Assembly (NCBI RefSeq): GCF_964188315.1
Contig: NC_135656.1
Location: 35,402,001-35,466,000 of the forward strand
DNA: 64,000 bases
Direction: 5' to 3'
Source of the DNA: Podarcis muralis
Lineage: Eukaryota
Part shown: positions 1 to 13,589 of the stretch, piece by piece
Position numbering within the stretch: the first letter of the stretch is position 1
Layout of the letters: each line of letters opens with the position of its first letter
Notes under the pieces: generated by a model
Seen by the model: the letters and a program-made list of their open reading frames with translations, nothing else
The model's database searches: none
What the model was told of the DNA's origin: nothing
Made by a program: the position numbers and the translations under genes

Positions 1-19
1 GCAGTAAGATGTGTACATG

Positions 20-297
20 AATGAATAATAATATTAATAATAATTATAATAATTTTATTGTTTATACCATGCCCATCTGGTTGGGTTTCCCCAGACACTC
101 CGGGCGAGTGTCTGGCGACTTCCAGCAAAATATAAAACAATAATAAAATGCCAGACATTAAAAACTTCCTTGAACAGGGCTGCCTTCAAATGTTTCCTAA
201 AATTTGTGTAATTCTTTATCTCCCTGACATCTGATGGCAGGGTGTTCCACAGGGAGGGCGCCACTGCTGAGAAGGCCCTCTGCTTGGTTGACTGGCC
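20..297 (-). mobile_element. L2 LINE 3' end
   Basis: APSLWNTLPSDVREIKNYTNFRKHLKAALF ORF2 end, 3'UTR and (TAT/AAT)n tail. Confidence 0.8.
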
Positions 298-2036
298 CTC
301 TGCAGTCTTTAATTATCAAACACTGACCTAAATTCAGACTTGGGCACAGTTCTGCCTTTGGTTATGGTTGACAATCCTGCTCATTTTTTCTTATTCTATC
401 AAAATGAAAGAACCATCTGCCTCAGAGGCCTTTAGAAGATAAATGTTCCCACATCTGAGCCTGAGAGAAAGAAAGAAAGAGAGAGAGAGAGGGAGAGATG
501 CAGGCATCTATCTTCTGGTGGCCTTTCCCTGTGCACATCTAATAGTTTACAAACAATCTGTTTCGTATAGGCTTGCAGACAGACTCTTACTGGAATGCAC
601 TGACTTGTAAAAAATTATCTAAAAGTGAGCAAGCAGGGAAACCTATGTAAACTGTGAGACAACTCTCACAGCTTTCCCCTATTCTATGCCACTGAAATCC
701 TACAATTTAATATAAAAAGCGGGCTATTTGTAATGTTACATTAGCTCCATCTCTCATTATTTTTAAGAAATGGAGGAATTAATAGTCTAATTCCTTACAG
801 ATTTTGATTTTCTGAATACAAATTACTAGGCCTCTTGCCTTTTGAGCATCAGTGGCCTTTTCTGCCACTCTGCAGAGGGGACCATGAGAATTACTAATCT
901 TGAAGTTTTTAACTGGAACTCCAAAAATAATATGTTTTCTGTCACTTAGGGAGTGTGTGGGGAAACTGGAAGCTATTTAGATGACTTAAATTGTTTTGGA
1001 CACTGTCTGCAAAAAGAAGCTGGACTTTCCTAGTGCCGCTGAAGAGTAAATTCTAGGCTTTCTAGCCAGAAGCAAAACTAACTTGCTAAATAAGGGGGGG
1101 GGGGGGAGAATCATCTAACAACTGATGAGGACCACTGCTAGCAGGAAAGGCCCAATGAACACTGAGTATAAGCAATTTCTTGGGACAGTTCCTAAATAAG
1201 GAGAAAATGACCTGTTGTTTTAGTATCTCAATGAAACTTGGTTTTCCCATCTTCAAGAAGAAAACATCAAGTAGGGCAAAAGTCAGATGGGCCTGGAGAC
1301 TGACTGAGGTGCCATGTGATAGAGATCACCACACCTTGCACATTGAGAGCTCTTTGCCTAATTGCAGCCTCTCATTGAGGAAAACAAGAGAGCACCTCAA
1401 ACACACCCAGAAACATTGACACACCATAACCTTAAAATTAGAAGCGTAAGTAGTATCTTGCAATGTGCCACACCAACATGAATGTTTACCATTTGGAAGT
1501 TTCCAATGATACTTCAAAAACTGGAGAGGTGGTTTCCTTTTCCTTAGGTGTAGATACATGGTATCTCACAAAAGAGAATGGATCTGGATTAATATCCTTT
1601 TGCTGTATCTTCAAAAGCCTATGAACTCCTGATTTCAGTTTGTACTAAAAGCTGAAATGTCTCTAGTTAACTGGGAAGCCTTACAAGGATGCAGAAGCCA
1701 GGATTTTGTCAAACACACAAGAGCTACAACCAAAGTTTATTTAAATTAGAGGCTACATTGAGTAGGTCAAAGAAAATTCACGTTTCTTGCTCAAGATTAT
1801 TTGCTGAATCATTGATATTGCTTTGTGCAAGCTCACATATGCAATCATAACACGTAATCTGAAAGTTGATGTATGTATTCTCAACAAATGTATATGCTCA
1901 TGCGAGAAAAACGAAGATGTGTCTGCATTTCATATAGAGGGAACTCCTTGGCTGTGAATCAGACAGTCTGAAGAATCCTAGACTGGAAGGGAAAATGCCC
2001 CCATGCCTTTTGCTCAACATCTCTTACCCAGAAATA

Positions 2037-2279
2037 CAGTGGTACCTCAGGTTACAAACGTAATTCATTCCGGAGGTCCGTTCTTAACCGAAACCATTCT
2101 TAACCTGAGGAGTGCTTTCGCTAATGGGACCACCTGCTGCCGCCGCCGCAGTACCGCCACACAATTTACGTTCTCATCCTGGGGCAAAGTTCTCAACCTG
2201 AGGTACTACTTCCGGGTTAGCAGAGTTTGTAACCTGAAGTGTTTGTAACCCGAAACATTTGTAACCCAAGGTACCACTG
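2037..2279 (-). mobile_element. Tc1/mariner (Tigger-like) MITE
   Basis: TIRs CAGTGGTACC...GGTACCACTG, TA duplicated on both sides; 37 nt downstream of the exon 3b donor. Confidence 0.88.
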
Positions 2280-2315
2280 TACTACACTCACAAATAAGAC
2301 TTGAAAGTACTGTAC

Positions 2316-2476
2316 CATGGCCCATCTCTGTCTGGGCATATGTGCCAATGATCTCCAAGTTCCAAGCAGGCATGAAGAAGCGATCCTGCTGTTCTTGGGT
2401 TGCCTGGGTTAAGAGAGTAGGTAGGAACATGCCCAGGTGGAGGTCCAGAGGCTCAGGTCGTCCGTGGTGAGCAGAG
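2316..2476 (-). CDS. ACOX1: ACOX1 mutually exclusive exon 3b (161 nt)
   Basis: [55 protein letters not shown]; acceptor ttcttcacag, donor G|GTACAG; same length and phase as 3a. Confidence 0.95.
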
Positions 2477-5400
2477 CTGTGAAGAAATGCCGAGGGAAGG
2501 GAATGTGAAGGGGTGTTACAGGATCAAAGCAGGTGAGATTAGAGGTGCAGATTGGAGGGGGGAAGACAAAAATAATTTTATATGAATAAAGAATTTAGAA
2601 AGCACACTTTTACCAGAGCACCATGCTTTTCCCAAGGCCACTAATATTTATGTCAATAATAGGACCCAAGGGTGAAGATGATCTTCCAATCCTATTGCGG
2701 CAGGAGGGCAAGAGAGAGCGCAGCCCCCTTTTTACCAGGTCCTCTTTGCCTCTTGGAAGTGTATTCAAAATGAATAAAACACTGAAAATAAAATAGCCGC
2801 CTGTCTTACAACTGGAGCGGCTTGGGACCAAATTAGATAAGGAATGTTTTACATTGGGTTGACAACAATCCATCCTTACCCAATTCATGTTCCGGGGGGG
2901 GGGGGGAGAGTGTAGTCATAATATCCAAACTGGTTTACTCTTGTTCAAAGCAAACCTGTTTGTCAACTGTTTTATTTTCTTTTACTCCAGTTTGTTGGAG
3001 ACTATCCATCCAGAAAAGTATGGTGCTCTGAATCAGCAATCAAAGCTAGTGAACAGCTCCATAGCTTTGTATCAACAGCCAACATTTATAACCAGTGAGC
3101 CATCACCAGCAAAGGTCACCCAAAACGCAACAAAACATGCTTCCTTATGATAATCCAGTCACCACACTTAAGTTCCATAATGTTCTGATCCAGAAGGCAG
3201 CATTATATACTTAAGGTATTCCTATACCAGCACCCGGTCCAACACACCTTGATGTGCAGTGCTCATTTCACCTGTTGCATGAAATGGTGCAGTGACTAGA
3301 ATTGTGAGCAAAATCAACCCTGGTGCAGATCTTACCTCTGCCATGTACTGTACTCACTAGAGGACCTTAAACAAGCCATTATTCTTTCACACACACAACA
3401 ACATCCCATCTGCGACATGGAAATAATAACCGGCTTAGTTCACAGGGTTTCTGTGGGGAGTACTGCAGTAATGGGTGTAAAGCCCTCTGAAAACTCAAAG
3501 TACTATTTATTATCCCCTCTATTTTATATATTCAGGTTAGGAGCACTTCTGCTACTTAGTTAAAACAGTGCCAGCCATGAAGAAGGCATCAGTAGGCTTG
3601 GGGGAACTTAGATTCCTAAATCTCTCTCCCTCTCTCTTGCAGAAGGGCTTAAAAAATTGTGAAATCCCCAAAGAGTTCAGTGAGGACAGAGCATGCTCAA
3701 TTGAAACAAAATACTGACTTGCTGGGTTGGGAGAGGCCTAGCAACACAGGTGGGAGGGTGAATGGAACGCCTGGAATCCTAACCAGGGAGCACGTCACAC
3801 AGCAATGCTTTGTTTCCAAGTCCCACTTATATATTTATATTTTTAGCTTGCTTTTCCACTGCAAAGCAATTCACAACATTTTCCACAAGGTGTCCCCCAG
3901 ATGTTCTGGACTACAACTTCCATAACCCTTGGCCATTGGCCATGTTGGATGGGACTCATGGGACTACGACGGTACTTTATTTATTATAAGCGCATCAAGA
4001 TGTTTTAAGCTGATTGTGTGGCAATTTTCTCATGCTAGTGAAACCTGAACCACAACTAAGGATGTACATCCTACAATGGCATGTAATAACTGTATTGTTA
4101 ATACCAGCATTAAAACTTAGTACAACATGTCCTAGCTTCACATACCACTGAGTTGAGGGACGGTTAGGAGTTTGCTTATCATAAAGTTAACCAATCCCTT
4201 CCAACACTATGGGGATAGTGCAACAACATACTACATTATTAATCCATAGCAAGTTATATATGTGTGGCTGCCTTTGCAGTTGAAAAAAAAGGAGAACGGT
4301 ATTAAAAAGACCGGCATGTAGTGTCTCCGTCTATTGGGGACAGACACCTCTCTACAGTAGAGGGAATAGAAAAGTCAATTTTTAGACAGCAATGTTCAGT
4401 GTTGTAATTTTGCAAGTGAAACAATCATGCAGGTTTCCACTCTAAAGCACAGAGCTGCTTCATCGCCTCTGTTTACGCAAGTGGAGCTCCAATACGCCAG
4501 GGCACCACACAAGAGAAGAAAAATGGAGAGCAGGCTGAAGTAGCAAAATGGTAAAGGGTCCAGAGCGGCCATTTGGAGCAGGGATCCAGCAAGGAGTTCC
4601 GTTCTCACTTGGACTAGCAAAAATAATGCAAAAATACCAGGATTTTAAAATCTGGGCATTTTGTTCATCTAAAACGTCTAGAAGAGTTTACTTCACATGC
4701 ACCATTGAAGAATGCTGGAATATTACCTGTAGGGGGATTTCTCCTAAAAATCAAGTTCTTGCCACACCAGCCCCAGTACAGATTATTGCTTTAAGCAGTG
4801 CCTCCATCCTAATGCAATGCAGGTTCAAGCAAGTCATCCACCACCCAGCAGATGTAATCCTAGAACACACATGCTATTGAAGAATCATCATCTGAAATGG
4901 TAAGCGGGAACTGCACTGCCCCACCACCACACACAACAATCGATGGTGACAGCACGACTGAATCATCATCAAGACACTGGTTAGTTGACAGAATACAACA
5001 AGTATTACACATCAACACAGAGACAGGGAAAGTAGTAAAACACAGCATGCAAAAATAAATAATCACATCCACAGACAAGGTCTCGAGGGAAGGGGTAGAC
5101 AAACGAGTGTGACGATGATTTGCTTATTCACAGGATGTTCCATTCATTTTGCAGCTTCTGGCCTTTAAACTATTTGCTTGAGAGGCGGTACCGTTAATTC
5201 AAATGGTGATGTGAAGTATACCGTAACAATGTGGAATGTTCATTTGCAAAAGGCAAGACTTCAAATAGTTAACAGGAGATTCATCATATAACCCAGCTCA
5301 ACTGAGACACCATTCTCCGGGTTTGATTGAAGATTATGAATTAGGAACCAGAGGTTTTCATTCTCATCCATGTACTCTCCATCTTCTTGGAAGATTCCAT

Positions 5401-6512
5401 TTCTTCTTTAAAAGGGAAGTATAGTATTCAAGCAATCCAGACTAAGTCATAATAGTAGTATTGGGCTTTAATAAGCTCAGGATACTCCCATAACTGATAA
5501 GAGATTAGTGCTTTTTAAAAACTACCTACCACAGAAAAGTAGTGGCTAGAAGGGAAAAGAAAATATTCATATTCTTGATGTGGGTTTTTTGTCCTGTTCA
5601 TCTTGTTCTTGAGATGTGTTCTTCTGGTTCATGAAGTTGAAATGAGATGCTTAATCCAACAAGTATTAACAGCATTTGGATGCTGGCCAGAACTTTGCCC
5701 TCCTTCATGCAGCAGAAAGGTCTGAAAACAGTCCAGTCAAGATTTTTCATCTTGCCTGACTGCTTTAGGGGTGGCGGATATTGAATTACTGATTTCAGCA
5801 GAAGAAGAGCTGTATCTAAAATATAAGGCTGCTAACACAAAACACGCAAAGGATCTAGAAGCTTTTTCTACTGCCAACTAATTTTCTCCAACAGACCAGC
5901 ATAGGGCTGTGTTACAAGGCCCTTACATGCTATATTTTTTCCTGCTCCAAAAGTACACTAGTTAGCAGCTGCTCATTTGGTATACTCATGAAGGAATACA
6001 CCTGCTCCATACTTCACTTTTGGCTTCACACTTTTGTACACTACTCACATCCTATGTCCAAGTACTTACAACAAAGTACTTGGACACAGGTCGTGAGTTG
6101 TGTACAATCTATTACATATTACATAAGCTTAAGGCAGCTGCTTAAGTGGAGATGAAATGTTGGAGATACACTACAGCAATGTTCCTGGGCATTATCACAA
6201 TGAAAACAAAACAAAACTAGGCTGATTGAACAATTCACTCATGCCCACTGTCAGCAATCTAGGAAGCAACTTTGAGTAACTGAAGTATTATGTACAAGAT
6301 CTGAGAACAAGGATATAAAACCAGCTAACAGCAAGGAGGTGCCTTTGAATGCGTGAAGAGCACAACTTTGCATATAGTGTTACTGTCAGAAGTGGTGATG
6401 CACTGAATTCTGACTCCAGTATTTTTTAAAGCAACCATTTCACCCTAAAAATCACTGCCGGACTGGAGTTACACTGCAGAGGATCACCCGTAAGTCTCTG
6501 GAAAGAACTAAC

Positions 6513-6673
6513 CGTGCCCCATTTCCGTCTGAGCGTAGGTGCCAATTATCTGGAACCGCGAGGCCAGAGGCAGCCATTTCTCTCGCTGGGCAACAGTGCA
6601 CTGGTTCTCTAAGGTGGGAGTAAACATGCTGTAGTGCAGACCAAGAGGCAGAACAGATGCACCCATGCACACA
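6513..6673 (-). CDS. ACOX1: ACOX1 mutually exclusive exon 3a (161 nt)
   Basis: [55 protein letters not shown]; acceptor cccatag, donor G|GTTAGT; absent from the ORF track in this frame, translated by hand. Confidence 0.93.
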
Positions 6674-7934
6674 CTATGGGAGAGAGAGATGGCAAATTAG
6701 GTTGTAGCTGTTATTTTTCTAGAATCCAACAAGCCTTTCCTCCCTCCATTTTTCTGTAGTCGTATACCCCCTAAGTCTTCCAGCCTTTTCATACTCTTAA
6801 AGGTTTTAGATATACCAGTAATGACAACAGGAAAGGCATAAATGAACTACTGTATATGAAAAAAAATTATAAATGCGAGTGACATCAAATTCAAAACCTA
6901 TACCATTCATGCACAAAGGGTGCTTCTGCCCATCTGCACCTAAGCAGCCAAGGCATTTCATAAAATCCTGACCGTAGCTTTCCTCCTCCCCACAGCAAAG
7001 TTTTAAGGCAAATCTCCCCAGCCCTATCAAAGCTTCAAATACACCAGAAGAGCCCAAATTCTGCCATTATCAAGCTTTGTCTCATCTAGTTTGCAATTAT
7101 TACTTTAATAACATTGGAGCTTATACAGGACACTGTTTATGCTGACAAGGCTATTTGAAGACAAAGAAAATGGGAATACAAGGACCGTGGGCGCAACATG
7201 AAAACAAGGTTTAACAAGCATTACAAAGGAGTGTTAAAAGGCATGTTGCTGAAGGCAGACAGTCCATTTGCAGACTGAGCTTCCCACCAGAAAGTACTAC
7301 TATTGTTTTGTCTGCGCCACTGTGACACTTCAGCAGAGTAAGTTTGCAGAACGCCACTCACTGGAGTGAGCAGGCACTATCCAACTAAACAGTTCCTCTG
7401 GCACAAGAACTGCAGAATGAAACATCTCCACCACTTCTCTCCCTATATGCCCCATAAATCTGTTCTAGGGGTTTCCCCTACCCCTCCAGAGCAAATTTAT
7501 GGGGTGCAAGGTGAGAGGGAAGTTCCACTGTCCAGCTAAAAGCCTGTGTCCTAGTAGAATCATTTAGTTTGATACCACTTAAGTGTTTTGTTTCCATCCT
7601 GCCAAGGACACCTAGACTGCACTTCATACTTTGAGATAAGCTGCTTCAGAAAGGGAAAGGGAAGTTGAATATTCTGCTAAGTGTGTGACCAGGCTTCATG
7701 TTATTTATTTCGGTTATTTTTAATCTTGCCAGACTCTCAAAGCAGAGTACAATTAAACATTTTTTTAACAGTACAAATAAAACTATAAGGAGAGGGGAAA
7801 TGAAAGTGAAGTTCAGGTATCAAGGTAACCATCAGGACACTAGTTACAATATATAGTTAATTGCCCTCCCCCCTCAGAATTAAGAGTTATGCTAGTAAAC
7901 CTGTCACACTCATGCCTGCTGCTGAAAAGGTAGG

Positions 7935-8400
7935 TTTAGCATTGGCTACCAGTAGAACAGATGGGAGGATTGCCAGAAGGCTCTTATGCTCAGATCTTGG
8001 TGGTTGAAAGGTAAATAGGGATGAAAGAGCTGCCTTAAGTATCCTGGCCACAGATCATTAAGAACTTTAAAGGCGGTGAACACCGGGTCTTTGAACCGAG
8101 TCCAGGAGCAAGCCAGCAACAAATAAGTCAAATTAACTGCAGTCATTGCCACCTCAGCCTGAAGCTGCATCACACTTGGACCTGGGCTCCTCCTTCCTAC
8201 AGAGTATGGTAGAACCAGCTGTCCGATGAGCAGGCGAGGATAATGATCATGACACAAAATGCCATCATTGCCACCATCTTAAATAGGCAATTTAAAGGAT
8301 CTCACACAGCTTTAGATTGTTTTTATGTCATTGTTGATTTCATATCAGCTGCTCTGGGAACCTTGTCAGCTGAACAGCAAGGGCGAGCGGGGTGAAAACG
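7935..8400 (-). mobile_element. Old L2 LINE fragment
   Basis: Minus translation FKDPVFTAFKVLNDLWPGYLRQLFHPYLP resembles L2 FKVL-LT-KALNGLGP-YL; boundaries approximate. Confidence 0.6.
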
Positions 8401-11400
8401 CTATAAAGTCATTAAAGAGCAGATGTTATCGTTAAAGGGCAGGTACACACTTGCTGCTTGCCTGGGAGTAAAAATTGTTAAAGGATGGAAATAGGCCCTC
8501 CAGACACCTCAACGTGAAAATAAGAACCTCAACTTGTGTGTTTTCCATAATGACCTGGATGCAATTTTACATAGTACAACCCTAAGGAATCAAGGCCTCT
8601 ATCAAAATAAGAGAATGGTTTGATACAAATTTTCATTTATAGCCCACCACAACTGGGCAACCTGCAGTGGCCATCTATTACAAGGAGGGAAATAGTAGTT
8701 AGTTTGATCATCTATTTCATAGAGGGCAACACTAGTTGTTCAGTCCACTTGCTTAGAAAATGTCCACCTCCTAACATTTTTCTTAATGTAGGAACAAGTG
8801 GGGTGAAAAATGATATTGTGTGCTCTCTAAACTTTGGTTACTAGCCGAAGGCACTTGAATGCATTTCTCCTTCACTGAACAGCACTTTTGATTTCATATT
8901 CAGCATTCTGCAGGATGTGAAGAACTCTTGAGACAGGAGAAGACATTCCCTTTTCTGGACAAGTGAAAAAGCTGCCATTATGTTAAAGGATTGGAAACTC
9001 TCACCTTTCTATCTGCTATCAGGAATTCCTTTTATCAAGATAAATTGGATTGCAAGCAGGGGGGAAATAAGAACATTAGATGTCATTTTGTTCTACCTTC
9101 TTGTTTTTTTCTGTTTAAACATGAACATCTTAGTTCTCCAAGCTACTAGAAGCCCCAAAGGGTAGGGAGGGGAGAAAAGAGGGTGAGAAAAGAAATATTT
9201 TACTATTTTCACAGCCACCCACATAATGAGCTGTGGGAAAATAGTAAGCTACACCAAAGCCTTATGATGAAAGAAGCAAAGAGGCAAAGTGTACTCTCTT
9301 GCATAATCTGGCTGCTGTACAAAAAACCCCCAAAAGATGAGCATCCAGCAATTTATTTTATGAGATTAGACTGAGAAGGTGCAAGCCTTGCCCTGCTGAT
9401 AAGTTAATTCAGCAACTTTTTGAATCAGCATTTGGCTTGAAACAGTGGGACCAACAGATGACTTTGGCCACATTGCCCTTTCAAACAGTTAACTTTGCCA
9501 CAGTAATAATTCAGTTGGATACGTAATGTAATACAAGCCCTTCCAGTTAGTCACCTGACAATTCCTCCTGGGCCCAAAGCTAAACAGATGAGTTACTCAC
9601 ACTGTCACATGACATCTTGACGTACCTTCTTTTTGTACATATAAGAAAATACACAAGATAAGTGGATGTAGCACTTACCTGGGAGTATGGCCAATTAAGT
9701 TCAGTAGGACTTACTTCTGACTAGGCATGGTTAGGATTGTGCTACAAAATGCCATCCCTGATAAAGGCGTTTCAACCACTATCATTTTGCTATATTCTTA
9801 TTATATGTGGCATTCTAAACTAGATGTAATAGTCTGAATGCAATTGCACTAGTCATACAGAATGAGAGGATCTGGGTGGAAGATTAGGAACATATATCAA
9901 TTAGACAACTAGATGGCTTGCTTGATTTTGTTGGTGGTGGTGATTCCCCCCCCCCCCAGGAATGTAGCTGAGAGCTCCCCTGCACAGGACATTGTGACAA
10001 TAGAAGATGCAAGGGCATTGGGAAGGGAAGAGATGAACTAAGGGCTGGGAGAGGGAGCCGAGCAGAATGAACATGCCTAATCAGTGAGCTCAGCTAATCC
10101 ATTTCCTGAGCCCCAAACAAAACAAAACACTGATTATGCATTTTCAGGCATTATTGATGCTTTTTTATTTTTTAAGGGGAGAGAGAAGAGACGCGCTAAG
10201 TTCCCACTGCTGCTAAAAAGATTCTGTGGCTAGGCAAAATAATGGGTTTGGATTTCTAAACTACTTTTCGTCTCTTATTACAATGCTTAAGATGCGGGAA
10301 TTCTGGTGCTCAAAGAGTGAGCGAGAAGTTTCAATGTCAGAGAGCAGATCAAATAGCAATATCCCAGGCAGGCTACCTGCCTTATGCTTTATCCCCCAAA
10401 CAGGACCAAGCCTGTTGTTAACTGGTAAAAAGGAAACCAAGCTCCACCCACTTGACTTCTGCCCATTTACTGAACTTCAACCTGCCCTGTCACAATTGCA
10501 TAAGCACAGGGGTTGGGGGCAGGGGGAGAAAAGCTTTTGCCCACAGATATAAGTAGCTGCGTCATTCAATAGTTTAAGGTTTAAACTTTAAAGGGGTGGT
10601 GTTAGCTACCAGATTCATAAAACAGGAGTGCTTAAAAAGCAGTACAAATTAGTATGTTACTCAATAGAACAGAATTCAGATTATAGCACATCAATGTAAG
10701 AAGGTACTATATTGCACAGCAATGTAGTTTGTTTATTTATCTATTTAGCAACTTGTATTAATGATTTCCTAGTATCTCTAAACTCCAGACACCATTCTAC
10801 TTATAGAACTGATGCAGAATAGCAGGGCTGAAAGAACTGAAGGTTTCCCCACCCCCTACTTGACACATCTGATCAGATTGTACCCTTTAGAATAAATTAT
10901 GCCGCAAGCACAGGAGAGGGATTAACAGAAATCATGCTGGAGATACAAGTTTCACAAGGCACTAACTCCAAGAAAGTGAACTGTAGCATGCCAGAAACAC
11001 AGGAGAGTCTCACCACTCTGGTCTAGAGAGAAGTATCTTCCTTACTTCAAGTGTGGCAAATTAAACAAGGTCCAAACTGGGCAAAAGCAAGGTCAGTACA
11101 AAAAAATGTGGTTCTATCTTGCAGGATCTCAGCACTTTGACACACTTATTGCTTCTTAAACTATAGTTGGTTGATCTGCCCAGTCACCTGCCACTTCTGA
11201 GGCAGCCAGCCTGCAGCGCAAGGTGTTGCTGAACTTCTGGACAGAAGTCAACAGGCCTGGCTCTGAGCAGGTCAGGCCTGCACTCCTGCCTCCCTGTCCA
11301 GTGCTGAATTTCTTACTGTACCCTGTCTCACAAAACCGGGGGTGGGGATTCCAACCAAGGCAAAAAGGAGCTATGTTTATGCTAGAGTGGCACAATAAAA

Positions 11401-12287
11401 TACTTTTAAGTTGGCTTGCGACACAATTGCAAGAATAATTGGCCAACACTGCTTTACTTGAGAGATTTGTTTCTTTTGGAAACAGTAACCAGCTGTATGA
11501 AACAACTAGCACGTGCACATTGCAACATCATAGCAAGGTCATCCTTCCCAGAGTTTTTAAAATGGAAGTTTGAGTGGGCCAGAGCAACCCATTTGACATC
11601 AACTGTTCCAATGAGAATAAACTATTTCAGAGGAAAGACTTGCAATGCTGCTTCAAGACCTACACATTCAGCAACGTTCAAAGAGGAATAAAAAAACCAA
11701 CCATCTAGCTAACAATGATTAATCCAAGTTAATTTCATGGGTTCAAAAGTCACGTAACATTCTGCACGATTAAGTGCACAGCAAGCTGGCAGTCTTCCAT
11801 GTTGTAAACTTCATCTTTGGAACTTCAATAGTGCCCAATCATCTAATGTAGATTAAAAGAATGCTTAACCCTTTCCAATCTACTTCAACATGAAAAGGCC
11901 TTAGTGGAGGAAGATGTGGTCAAGGAAATAATAAGTATCTTAAAGTTATACTGCTAACTTAATAGCTTTATCTGCAGTCTAGATTCATACCAATACTTTG
12001 GCAAGTAGCTCCCCGCCTTCAGTAGCTTATAGTTTGACATTATTCATGGTTAGAATGTAAAAAGGACTGTTTTTATAGCCTTAGTAAATGTTGTCTTATC
12101 AAAATGAGCATGAAGTTGCATATCAATTCCAGGAGGTTTTACTCAGGTAATCCTTACAATCAGCTGACAACTTCTGATGACTTTCCAGTGTCCTTAACCT
12201 TTCAATCCATGACAGAATGAAGAACAACTGCCCTTGTCTTTACAGGAGCACCTGCTATTTTATGTGCCTTACACTGGATTTCTGTAC

Positions 12288-12447
12288 CTTTTAAACCAGT
12301 AGATCTCATCAGGATCTGCAATTCCATATTCTCTTAGCTTCATCACCATAAGAGCGCTCTTCCTGATAGCAACTTCATAGCGCTGGCTGCGGGAGAGGAA
12401 ATTTACATCACTGTGCTTGAAGTCTGGGTCGTTTGTCACAAGTGCTT
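12288..12447 (-). CDS. ACOX1: ACOX1 exon 2 (160 nt)
   Basis: [53 protein letters not shown]; acceptor tctctacag, donor AG|GTACAG; phase continues exon 1. Confidence 0.96.
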
Positions 12448-13589
12448 CTGTAGAGAAGACAAAAGAGAAATTTAGTGCCAAGTCAAGACATATTCCTTTA
12501 AAAAAAATGATATAAGGCTGGTTCTATGTTGTGGTTTCACTACTGATAAACTGTTGACAACTTCAAGACATAAAGGTGAGAAATTGCTTTGAGTGGCACA
12601 AATAGTGGGGCATGCATCTGTTGTGTTTGGACAGCTTGCTATCACCATTGCTACCATCAGCAGGCCATCTTTGTACATCCTAACATGAAAAAGGTTCAAC
12701 CTAGTGTTGCCAAGGGACCTGGCAATCACGTCGCTTGAGGATCCAAAGACACCAGCACCCCACAACACCTTGCTCTGGGAATTTCTACACTCTACCATTG
12801 GTGGTACCTTGCCACCCATATGGGAAAATCCAGGGCCTGTTTTGCAAGGCAATGCTTTCACCAGTAGTGGTTCTCTCCATCAACAGACACCAGAGGAGAG
12901 AAACCTAGACAACATCCTAACCCACCACCCCAGCCAGGAACATAGGCAGGGATGGGAGTGGGTGTTAGAATTGTGTTGTGCAACATTTAGGCCAGAACAT
13001 AGGAAGCTACCTTGTACTGTCAAGCCACTATTCAGATTAACCCTCCTTTTATTACAAATCCCCATTAAGTGGGAAAGTTCTTTTAAATTTTTAAAAAAAT
13101 AGTTATTTAAATGCAAGCATCTAGAAAAACTGCACGCAGCAGAGATCACACAGACAACCGTCTAAAAACAAAGGTGAGGGAAGCACCCTTGTTCAGAACA
13201 ACTACTTATTCACACAGTATATAAATCTAGTTTTTAATAACTGCATCGGCTTAGGGAATGCCTTCCGCAACCAAACTCACCGGGCAACTACATTAAGAGC
13301 ATTTTCGCAGCAGGTGTATACTTTGTTTCTCTCCCTCCAATGCCTTTTAAATCTTTTCTTTTCAACAACAACATCTTTGAACGGTCTATTTCTCCTAGGT
13401 GCCGCGCCGTTTATTATTCCCCCCCCCCCCTTTTTGGCATGAAAATGAACGGTTGGTATTTAATCTCTGAGGTTGCAGTTAATGCTTAATTACTACGGTA
13501 TCGTTTTAATTGGTCTCTGCCTGATGAGGATTCAGGCTTGCCGAGACGCGTTCCAAATGAGCCAAGTTGCAATGGCACAATCTGAAGAG

